From positions 9,114,001 to 9,178,000 of the forward strand of contig OZ024757.1 in assembly GCA_964016885.1 (NCBI GenBank): a stretch of DNA of 64,000 nucleotides, given 5' to 3'. Below, piece after piece: positions 1-9,973 of this stretch. The DNA is from Eledone cirrhosa. Its lineage: Eukaryota. How positions within the stretch are numbered: position 1 is the first letter of the stretch; each line of letters starts with the position of its first letter. The notes under the pieces are model-generated. The model was given only the letters and a program-made list of their open reading frames with translations, was not told the origin of the DNA and made no database searches. A program made the translations under genes and the position numbers.

Positions 1-542
1 CACTCCGCGGTTTCCATGACTTCTAGTGCTCTGCACCTTTTTATGCAGCTGTCATCCTTCATACGCATCACATGTCCATACCAACGGAACCGCCTCTCCT
101 GCACGCAGCATTTGATTCCTCTTACGCTCAGTCTCTCTCTCAATTCGTTTATGGTTTGCCATTCGCATATATTACTATTACACATCCATCGGAGCATGCA
201 GGCTTCGTTTCTCTCTAATCTACGTAAGTCTTCCACCTTCAGCGCCCAGGTCTCACTACCATGTAACATTGCTGTTCGGATACACGCATCATACAGTCTG
301 CCTTTCATTTTGAGGGAGAAGCCTTTTGCAGCTAGTAGTGGTAGTAGATCCCTAAACTTCTTCCATCCCGTTCTTACCCTAGTTATTGTACTTTCTGAAC
401 ACCCACCTCCGCTGCTAATTCGGTCACCTAGGTAGCAGAAGCTGTCTACTGTCTCTACAGAGCCCTCCCAGAGATTGGTGGTACTTGTTTCCTGTGGCTG
501 TTTGCTGCTTGCTGTCCCAGCACAGCTGCTGCATGTGAAGCC

Positions 543-545
<3 letters not shown>
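1..545 (-). mobile_element. RTE-clade LINE fragment (RT C-terminal region)
   Basis: Manual minus-strand translation: ...[42 protein letters not shown]...KGRLYDACIRTAMLHGSETWALKVEDLRRLERNEACMLRWMC. The F.YLG and HGSETW motifs are typical of RTE ORF2. Runs off the window edge. Confidence 0.9.
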
Positions 546-580
<35 letters not shown>

Positions 581-761
581 CATATATGTATGTATATATA
601 TATATAAAACATATTATAAAGGAAGAAGAAATATTAGACATAAATGTTTGTGTACCTCTCATTATATATATATATATATAATGAGAGGTACACAAAAATG
701 TATGTCTAATATTTATATATATTTATATATACAGATAGATATATACAGGTGTATATATATA

Positions 762-835
<74 letters not shown>

Positions 836-848
836 TAGATATATACAG

Positions 849-900
<52 letters not shown>
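546..900. repeat. (TA)n microsatellite tract with interruptions
   Basis: Seen directly; it produces the YIYI ORFs. Confidence 0.95.
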
Positions 901-903
<3 letters not shown>

Positions 904-1270
904 TGTTTGAGGTTCACCACTGTATAGAGCTGGTCTATTCCTTCCTTTCTTTCTTTCTTTTACCTTGTGTCATGGGATCGACGTTAACCTATGCTCCCAT
1001 CTCTTTCTGTTTTCGTTCATCTGACCGGTAGTAGCATACTATAAAATTTAGCCACGTCACTCCAGGGCGACCGGCTGAGGTTGAAGGAACAGAATAGCGG
1101 TCGCCCTCGGGTCTCGATTTTCAGCCCCATGGATTTTACCTATTACATTCACGTATTATATTTCGAATACCTGATGATATCACCGGATTCATACGGAACC
1201 CGGTCATTGAAATGATCATAGTATAATAAACCTTTCAAGGATTTACACAAATCCAGCCTCCTGTCATTTC

Positions 1271-1271
<1 letters not shown>
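901..1271 (+). mobile_element. Short (TA)n-embedded Penelope-pLTR/retrozyme-like element
   Basis: Flanked by (TA)n on both sides; carries an HHR-like motif followed by AATAAA and a small hairpin (ggattt acac aaatcc). Confidence 0.55.
1167..1224 (+). ncRNA. Type I hammerhead ribozyme candidate
   Basis: atac-CUGAUGA-[stem II accgg/ccggu, U.U at base]-GAA-AUGAUCAU (palindromic stem III)-A-guau. Stem I is atac/gtat; cleavage triplet AUA. Confidence 0.65.
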
Positions 1272-1323
<52 letters not shown>

Positions 1324-1746
1324 CAAAGGGAATGTGGTAAGGAACCAGGTGGACCATAACGCACCATAACGTCCAGAATTAGCCGTCGAAACGGCTTGAG
1401 CTCAGCTGTCGGGGTCTTACTGGTTCCTATATATATATATATATATATATATAAAAACAAATAACGAAACGAAATTAAACTTCGTTTCGTTTGTAACTCA
1501 CTTTTGTATGACTGACGCTTAAACAATTAAGTTAAAGATGTACATCCATATATGTATACTGAAATACTAGTATGTATATGAATACACACACGTATACATA
1601 TGTAGATGTACCAAGTTTTTTCACTGGTCACTTTACTGTGAGTGGCCAGCTATTCTGTATGTAAACACACAGACAAACCGGTTTTTAGAGTCATACTGGT
1701 TTTTGAGGAAACACCTTTCCTCTATTCTCCAGAAAGCCAGACAAGG

Positions 1747-1791
1747 AATATTGAACTAGTTTCGTTGTTGTTACAACTCATCAGCAATATT
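1747..1791 (-). ncRNA. Type I hammerhead ribozyme (467-bp unit, copy 1)
   Basis: Minus strand: AAUAUUG-CUGAUGA-GUUG uaacaa CAAC-GAA-ACUAGU-U-CAAUAUU. 7-bp stem I, 4-bp stem II, palindromic minimal stem III, GUU triplet. Confidence 0.88.
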
Positions 1792-2213
1792 TACCTATCT
1801 TCCGGCCTCTCTAGAGAATCGTAAAAGCACATATCGTTATATGCTTTTTCTATGAAAATTAGTAGTGGGCAGACTAATTTGCATAGAGTGTGAGTAAGTA
1901 CCGGTTCAACGGAGACGATAAAAACAAATAACGAAACGAAATTAAACTTCGTTTCGTTTGTAACTCACTTTTGTATGACTGACGCTTAAACAATTAAGTT
2001 AAAGATGTACATCCATATATGTATACTGAAATACTAGTATGTATATGAATACACACACGTATACATATGTAGATGTACCAAGTTTTTTCACTGGTCACTT
2101 TACTGTGAGTGGCCAGCTATTCTGTATGTAAACACACAGACAAACCGGTTTTTAGAATCATACTGGTTTTTGAGGAAACACCTTTCCTCTATTCTCCAGA
2201 AAGCCAGACAAGG

Positions 2214-2258
2214 AATATTGAACTAGTTTCGTTGTTGTTACAACTCATCAGCAATATT
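2214..2258 (-). ncRNA. Type I hammerhead ribozyme (467-bp unit, copy 2)
   Basis: Identical to 1747-1791. Confidence 0.88.
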
Positions 2259-2680
2259 TACCTATCTTCCGGCCTCTCTAGAGAATCGTAAAAGCACATA
2301 TCGTTATATGCTTTTTCTATGAAAATTAGTAGTGGGCAGACTAATTTGCATAGAGTGTGAGTAAGTACCGGTTCAACGGAGACGATAAAAACAAATAACG
2401 AAACGAAATTAAACTTCGTTTCGTTTGTAACTCACTTTTGTATGACTGACGCTTAAACAATTAAGTTAAAGATGTACATCCATATATGTATACTGAAATA
2501 CTAGTATGTATATGAATACACACACGTATACATATGTAGATGTACCAAGTTTTTTCACTGGTCACTTTACTGTGAGTGGCCAGCTATTCTGTATGTAAAC
2601 ACACAGACAAACCGGTTTTTAGAGTCATACTGGTTTTTGAGGAAACACCTTTCCTCTATTCTCCAGAAAGCCAGACAAGG

Positions 2681-2725
2681 AATATTGAACTAGTTTCGTT
2701 GTTGTTACAACTCATCAGCAATATT
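2681..2725 (-). ncRNA. Type I hammerhead ribozyme (467-bp unit, copy 3)
   Basis: Identical to 1747-1791. Confidence 0.88.
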
Positions 2726-2792
2726 TACCTATCTTCCGGCCTCTCTATATATATATATATATATATTTATATATACGGATAGATATATACAG

Positions 2793-2864
<72 letters not shown>

Positions 2865-3108
2865 TTATATATATATATATATTTATATATACGGATAGAT
2901 ATATACAGGTGTATAGTCGATTCTGTTCCACGCTAGCATGGGTTAGACAGATTGTCCTGTTGTGGGCAATTTTAGGTCGTCTAGCCTTGTCTTGCTCATA
3001 TGGGAACTGATTTTGGCTTCATTTCTACAGCTGGATGCCCTTCCTTTTACACAGACACACACACATATATATATATGCATATATGTGTATGTATGTGTTA
3101 TGTATATA

Positions 3109-3193
<85 letters not shown>

Positions 3194-3870
3194 CACACAC
3201 ACACATACATATATAGGAATATGTATGTAAACAACGCTAGAAGTACCAAATAAATCTATATCCTGTTTCTTTATATTGTCATGATAAAATAGTTTATTTT
3301 ACCAAATATAAAATGTGATAAAAACTGTACACCCTACCTGGCAATTTCTAGCCTTAGTACATTTGTACGTAAAGATATATTGTAATTTCAGTTACAGAAT
3401 GTTAATCTATAAACTGTAATTCGTATCTCTGCAAAATTTTATTACAAAATAAGTTATTAAGAAAGTTATAAGAACATTTAGTGAGGGGCTCTCTAGTCTA
3501 GATTACTATCATAAATTTTACAGGCAAAGGGAGATAATATCAAACCGAAGGCTTTAAAGATTTATTCCCCTTTGTTAAACGTTTCAGTCTGTGTGGTAAA
3601 TACAAATGCTAGAAATGGCAGCCAAATAATAAAAATATGTAACGTGGAAAAAGTTAGAAATAGCAGCTAAGTCAGCTCTAAATTTTCATATGTATATTAA
3701 CATACATGTGATAAAAATATATTTCCAGACGTATCTCATATCATATATATTTTTAGCGGTCTTTTGGTCTATTCACCACCATGGGCTATAAAACATGTCT
3801 TTTCTCTACACCATGTGTGTTTTCTTAGTTATCTAATATATTTTTAGAAGTGTTGATCATATTGATAGGT

Positions 3871-3949
3871 ATCCGCCGATGAGCTACATCTACAATATAT
3901 ATTCTTCCCTTTTATAGCGAAATATACTCTTATTTGAGCATGTCTGGAT
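3871..3949 (+). ncRNA. Hammerhead ribozyme remnant (U4>C mutant of 39216-39294)
   Basis: atccg-CCGAUGA-GCUA..UAGC-GAAA-stem III-GUC-uggau; a core position is mutated. Confidence 0.6.
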
Positions 3950-4312
3950 GTTATAGTTATAAATAGATGGTTACTACGCTTTAATATATTATTTTAATTG
4001 ATTTGTATCCACCATTACTTCCATAGTTGATATGTTCGTCACTCTGGTGGTTTTTAATCCCCTATGATTGAACACATATCTCTATGTGTACTTCTCTCTA
4101 TATGGTTATTTATAAAGAACCCGGAATCTAATCCTTGAGCTCATTAAATTATAGGGGATTAATGTGAGTCTTTAACAAATAATATATCATACACAAAACG
4201 CCAGCATCAACAGTTTTCCAAGAGATGTCAACATGAATGGACCTGTTATCCAAAGATATGTTTTCCAATTCCATCTTGCCCGTCCCTTCAATTTAACTAA
4301 TTTGTCATTCTT

Positions 4313-4348
4313 TCTTCTGATGAAGGACTAGCATCTGAAACGTTAAGA
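4313..4348 (+). ncRNA. Minimal Penelope-type hammerhead ribozyme
   Basis: ucuu-CUGAUGA-agga cuagca ucu-GAA-ACGU-U-aaga; palindromic ACGU stem III. The duplicate at 39658-39693 has G8>A without a compensating change. Confidence 0.65.
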
Positions 4349-4720
4349 CCCTCTTCCTGCTATTTCAAGCATTAACCTAATATATTCCTTCCATATACTG
4401 TACTGATTGTGTTGTTATTTCTGTTTACCCTTTACATATATATATAAAATGGAAAAACTCGGTGTTTAAACAGCAAAATACCGTCAAAGCTGTGTTGGGT
4501 AAAACATCACCTCGAAGGACAGAAGTCAGCAGCTTGATGTGAGTTGACTCAAAGAAATGATCGGAAGGAAGAAATAGAATGGGTGAGAGGAGGTCACAAA
4601 TATTAAAATACATTCATCATATCTCAGGCCACCTGCAGTTTCAATGATTTATCTGAGATTACTGCGAGGAATGGGAGGCTCATAACAACAGAGAAATAAA
4701 TATCTTTGTTGGTACCCATT

Positions 4721-5625
4721 CTATTTCTTCCTTCCTATCATTTCTTCACTATATTCATTGTTAATTCTCACCTTGCTCACTGTTTCTTTATACATGGCTC
4801 TCACATGCCATTCATCCACTCCTAGTTTTCTAAGGGTCCACCAGAAAATGTAGCTGGGGACTCTGTCAAAGGCTTTCTCCAAGTCAACGAAAGCTAAGTA
4901 TAGGGGTTTACTTTTGGCTAGATACTTCTCCTGTAGTTGTCGTACAAGGAAAAGAGCGTCTGTGGTACTTTTACCTGACACAAACCAAAACTGCATTTCA
5001 TCTAGATCAATTCTGTCTCTGATTAGTTGTGCTATAACTCTTTCTGTGACCTTCATGACCTGGTCAACTACCTTAATGATTCTATAGTTCCCCCTACCTA
5101 TAGCATCTCCTTTTTCTCTTGTAGCAGTTAACGATGATGCTGCTACCCCAGTCCTTTGGTATGACCTCATTCTGTATTACTTAGTTTACTATCTGGGTGT
5201 CCATAGTATGTTCCACGATTCCAGATGCTTTCAACATCTCAGCAACTATCTCCAAAGGCCCAGCTGCCTAGCCTGTCTTCATATCTTTGATTGCCTTACT
5301 TATTATACTACCTTTAACTTGCACCGCTGTTCCTTCTATTGGATCAATGTGGGGCAGACTATTTTTTTCTCATTTATTCTCCTCTTTTAGTAGTCCCTCG
5401 TAGTGACACTTCCAAGCTACCTTCTTATCAGTATCAGTGAGGGCAAGTACACCATCATCATTACGGACACACTTCTCCCTGACAATATCACAGTTTTCCT
5501 TGACACATTGTCTAGCAATCCTGAACACCTCACGTTTTTGGTCTTCGTGTTGTAGAACATGCTTGAACTTTCTATCCTCTGCTTCCCCTCTTGCAAGGTA
5601 CACTTGTCTCCTAGCCACCCGATAG
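4721..5625 (-). mobile_element. RTE-clade LINE fragment (RT N-terminal half, frameshifted)
   Basis: ORF track: NYRII...QFWFVSGKSTTDALFLVRQLQEKY...LYLAFVDLEKAFDRVP; upstream VAWKCHYEGLL. Confidence 0.92.
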
Positions 5626-5776
5626 TGTTCTCTACTTCCCCCATCCCACCATACTACTCCACCAAGCCCATTGTCATTTCCCACCCAGAAAGGTTAATAA
5701 CATCGTTTTAACTCACAATGAATCTAGCAGACGCGCCCCTCCACCTATTCTCTTGAACACAAATATATATATATGA

Positions 5777-5839
<63 letters not shown>

Positions 5840-6004
5840 TTCAAGAGTAACCAATCTTAAAGAGAGAGATGGAGATAGGAGAGGAGAGATTGGTGAATTA
5901 GTTAGAAGCCAAAGCGTAAAGGCATGTGCTCAATGTGCAATATGCAGTGGAAGGCAGCTAGGTGGCTGGGTTCATGCAGAGGTTAGGTGAACAGAGCTGG
6001 AAAT

Positions 6005-6636
6005 ATTCATTAGTTAAACAAAACAAGACCACAAATTTCACAAGGAAGACATTATTAAAAGAATGTCAACATATTTTAGTTTGATGTAAGGAATGTAGAG
6101 AATAATAATAATAATATTAATAATAATAATGTCCGTTTACAATTGTCTCGTTACTCCATATAATATTTCTGGATCAAATGATTATATATCATTATTGATC
6201 TGGTTCAGTTGAAAATAATTAACATAGGTAGAAATAGAGCAGCTCATCGGAACTCCAAAAGGAATATAAATTAAAATAAGGAAAGAATGTTACATTATTA
6301 TTATTAATATTATTATTACATTATTATTATTATTATTATAGTAATGTACTGGGTAATTTGCTGGTCTTGTGCCTAAAGTAGAAACAATTATTACATTATT
6401 ACATTATTATTATTAATCCCGCCGAGGTTAACTTCGCCTTTCATCCTTCCGGGGTCGATAGAATAAAGTACCAGTAATGCATTGGGTAATTGCTGGCCTT
6501 GTGCCAAAAGTAGAAACAATTATTATTAATATTATTACTATTATTCCCTACATTCCTTACATCAAACTAAAATATGTTGACAATCTTTTAATAATGTCTT
6601 CCTTGTGAAATCTGTGGTCTTGTTTTGCTTAACTAA

Positions 6637-6642
<6 letters not shown>
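6005..6642. mobile_element. Element with ~95-bp inverted ends, decayed hammerhead (6135-6253, minus) and SINE fragment (6416-6518)
   Basis: 6007-6100 is the reverse complement of ~6548-6642. Minus strand: guu-CCGAUGA-gcugcucu...ggaguaac-GAG-ACAAUUGU-A-aac (two core substitutions). Duplicate HHR remnant at 41487-41605. Confidence 0.55.
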
Positions 6643-6681
<39 letters not shown>

Positions 6682-7074
6682 ATAATAATAAATTTGAAGA
6701 CTAAAATCCAAAGCGGGCTTGATAAGGATAAATATATATGAGATATATAAGAACCGTAGTGCAAATATTCATTAAAATAACAGATTAAAGTTTAAGCAAA
6801 GAATCGCTTTGTCTTTGCGTGTAATTGATTTCACCGCTCCAAATAATGACGTATTATCTTCGTTTTTTTTTCGTTCTTTGACAGGGAATGTTTTCCACGA
6901 ACCAAAGTATCGTCTTCCTGTCTTCCTTCGGTTGTAACGTTTCTCGAAATATTTAATTCTGCGTTCACAGATTGATTTTTTTTAGTTTCAGAAGATCCCG
7001 TTAAGAGGGAAAGCAGCGATTCTTTGCTTAAACTTTAATCTGTTATTTTAATTAATATATATAGATATAAATGT

Positions 7075-7584
7075 GGATATAGTGTATTTTGCAATACACT
7101 GTATGCTTAATTAAAAGCATTTCGAAGACCTTATGCTATTGTTTTAGAGTAGTGACAGACTCACTTACTTTAATTTTCAGCAAACAGGGGAGATAAAGCT
7201 GACAGGGCCCTGTTTCGCATTTATTGATGCTTATCAAAGCCAACTACTCCTCCTGTTTGCAGAAATCATGGATGTTTGGTTCTTATAGAATTCTAGTAAA
7301 TAATCAGGAACTGATTATACAGAGCGGTTGCCGGTCAAACAGAAATTGAAATTAGAATTGGTGCTCTGCAATAGCTATATATATATGGATGTATATACAG
7401 TGTATTTTGCAATACACTGTATGCTTAATTAAAAGTACGTGAGTCTGTCACTTAAAGTAAGTGAGTCTGTCACTACTCTAAAACAATAGCATAAGTTCTT
7501 CGAAATGCTTTAATTAAGCATACAGTGTGTTGCAAAATACACGATATATACATACATATATATATAGCTATTTCAGAGCACCAA

Positions 7585-7590
<6 letters not shown>
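7075..7590 (-). mobile_element. ~318-bp HHR element: monomer + partial direct repeat + inverted segment
   Basis: agtgtattttgcaatacactg occurs at 7081 and 7399; 7452-7590 is an inverted copy spanning the unit junction; (TA)n flanks. Confidence 0.75.
7180..7260 (-). ncRNA. Type I hammerhead ribozyme, U3-A8 core variant
   Basis: Minus strand: GCAAACAGG aGGAG uaguu GGCU-UUGAUAA-GCAU caauaa AUGC-GAA-ACAGGGCCCUGU-C-AGCU uuau CUCC CCUGUUUGC. Long stem I with internal loop; GUC triplet. Confidence 0.88.
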
Positions 7591-7674
<84 letters not shown>

Positions 7675-7743
7675 AAGTAGGACACGCACATGTGTATATA
7701 CATGTGTGTGTGTGTTTCGGTGCTCTCTCTCCGTCTCTCTCTG

Positions 7744-7805
<62 letters not shown>

Positions 7806-8049
7806 CAGTGGTCCCCAACCATTTCTACACCATGCCCCTCCTCAATCTAAAATATGTTTATGTTCCCCTTTAATATAAAAGCGAACTCCAAAATCTAAAC
7901 AAACTTCTCGTAGGTGCTGCCAGATACACGATAACATGTGTAGACGAAGTGTAACTGGAAGTTGGGTCGTATTATATAACTTTCAAATTGGCCCCTATTA
8001 TATTCAAATTAACCCCAGTGTGGCGTGCACCCCTCGTTGGGAATCCCTG
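7806..8049. mobile_element. hAT-like MITE
   Basis: Imperfect TIRs cagtggtccccaac / gttgggaatccctg; inverted partial copies at ~8450-8538, 42351-42578 and 42846-42930. Confidence 0.7.
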
Positions 8050-8126
8050 ATATATAAATATATGTGTGTTGCTATGACTGCTATTTCTAGCAGGTTTACT
8101 GCTGTCCTGTAGAGGCACAACACAAA

Positions 8127-8144
8127 CCGGAAGTGGCAGCCATT
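8127..8144 (+). promoter_or_regulatory. ETS + YY1-like motif pair (possible core promoter)
   Basis: accggaagtggcagccatt; possible splice donor aag|gtaact at ~8228. Motif evidence only. Confidence 0.25.
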
Positions 8145-8607
8145 AAAAAACTTTGGCTTAAAATCAGTGAAAATATTTTAAACTAGAAAATTTAATGTAA
8201 ACAAACCCGGGTGTTTTTGCCAAGAAAGGTAACTCTTGTCTTACTTAATCGCAAAAATCATGACAAAAGTTTTGCGGGTGTGGAGTTGTTTTGGTCCTGG
8301 TTGTTGGTAATCGACTGCTATTTCTAGCATTTTATTATTTTAGTTGTTCATTCGACTAAGGCCATGCTGGGGCAACACTTCCAATATATTATCTTGTTAA
8401 TAGCGACCCCAGTACATTAAAGGATTTCTACTTTATATTAGTTTTACAAGTCTCAGTTTGTGTTTATATTAAATGGGAACATAAACATATTTTAGATTGA
8501 GGAGGGGCATGGTGCAGAAAAGGTTAGGAACAACTGATATATATGTATATATATATAGAGAGAGAGAGCACCCAAACATGTATATACACATGTGCGTGTC
8601 CTACCTT

Positions 8608-8703
<96 letters not shown>

Positions 8704-8732
8704 GTGTGTGTTTGTATGGATGTTATATATAC

Positions 8733-8764
<32 letters not shown>

Positions 8765-8813
8765 CTACATATATATATATATACGTGTGTGTGTGTATGG
8801 ATGTTATATATAC

Positions 8814-8846
<33 letters not shown>

Positions 8847-8851
8847 CATAC

Positions 8852-8883
<32 letters not shown>

Positions 8884-8923
8884 GATATTAAACAAATGGA
8901 AACTATATTTATAAAACCATATT

Positions 8924-8989
8924 TATTTCATTATACATATTTCAGGGATACCATATTAAAAATATGGCATGCCTTCTTCAGATAAAATA
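8924..8989 (-). ncRNA. Type I hammerhead ribozyme
   Basis: Minus strand: UAUUUUAU-CUGAAGA-AGG c AUGCCAUAUU uuu AAUAUGGUAU c CCU-GAA-AUAUGUAU-A-AUGAAAUA; homologous to 35483-35547. Confidence 0.8.
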
Positions 8990-9973
8990 CAATATATAAG
9001 CAGTTTTATAAATAAATTTGACGTACCATTATTATTGTTCAACTTCCATTTAAAAAAGTTGGTTTGGTAGTGAAATGTTTGTAAATATTTAGTGTTAAGC
9101 ACAGTTAAAAAGAAAGACGGAGAGAAGGAATAAATGTATGTAAAGAAAAACAGAGAGAGATAGAGAGAGATATGGGAGAGAGAAATAGTGAGGGGGTGAA
9201 AAATGAGAGGCAGCTGAGGCAACAGATGAATAATAATAATAATTCATCATACAAATTGAGAGATTTAGGAGGGAGGGAGTACTGTAATTATTTATTCATT
9301 TATTTATTTAGTTATAGTGTTAAGGAGACGGAGAGAAATAAAAATAAATAAAGAGAAAACAGCGATACTTAAATTTCATCATGTATAGAGGGTGGAGAAG
9401 AAAGAGTTATATCTAGAGAGAAGGATGACAGATTTATAATTTACGTTATGTCCTATCAGTTTGAATTATCAATTCATATGAATTGGGTATTATAATGCAA
9501 ATATCAATATTCATGAATGAGACATAGATACATAATGTGTGAAAAATAATGACCATATGTTTAGTTTAAAAATTCTTAGGTCGATATATCAAAAACTGAG
9601 ATAAAACTTCAAAAATACATAAGTATATATGTACTTTCCGGAAAAAAGAAAGAAAGAGAAAAAGAAAAAGAGAAGGTCATCTCAAGTTTTAGTTGACACT
9701 ATAGATATACACGTGAACTTACGTGATCAGCTCTGTAATTTCTTATTTCACATGAAAAAATTTTCCCTAGCGTTATAAAAGATTTTACTATATATATATA
9801 TATATATACATACATACACATACATAAAAATATATATTAATATTAATATTCCTGCACTCACATACATGATTATCGTTCATGTATAGAATAGACAACAGGT
9901 ATTAATATATCAAAACGCTAAGAATACTTTCATCACTCAACAATTTTAATTACGGTAACAACTTTAACAACTA

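Larger units (their letters stand above)
1451..2746 (-). mobile_element. 467-bp tandem array (~2.8 units), retrozyme-like, one hammerhead per unit
   Basis: Period 467 (ORF-track repeats at 1642/2109/2576); units nearly identical; (TA)n on both flanks; HHR in each unit. Confidence 0.85.
3229..6977 (+). repeat. Segmental duplication copy A (copy B at ~38583-42332)
   Basis: Colinear, highly similar sequence including the same RTE fragment, SINE and HHR remnants; matching ORF-track entries (4425/39770, 5370/40710). Confidence 0.95.

Noticed and set aside
1321-1428. Hairpin-rich fragment with GAAAC-ggcttgagctcagct-GTC
   Set aside because: Only the 3' half of a hammerhead; no CUGANGA or UUGANAA upstream, so not called as a ribozyme.
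4625-4695. Minus-strand tcattGAAACtgcag half motif
   Set aside because: The 5' core is unrecognisable (ctgttgtt); too decayed to call.
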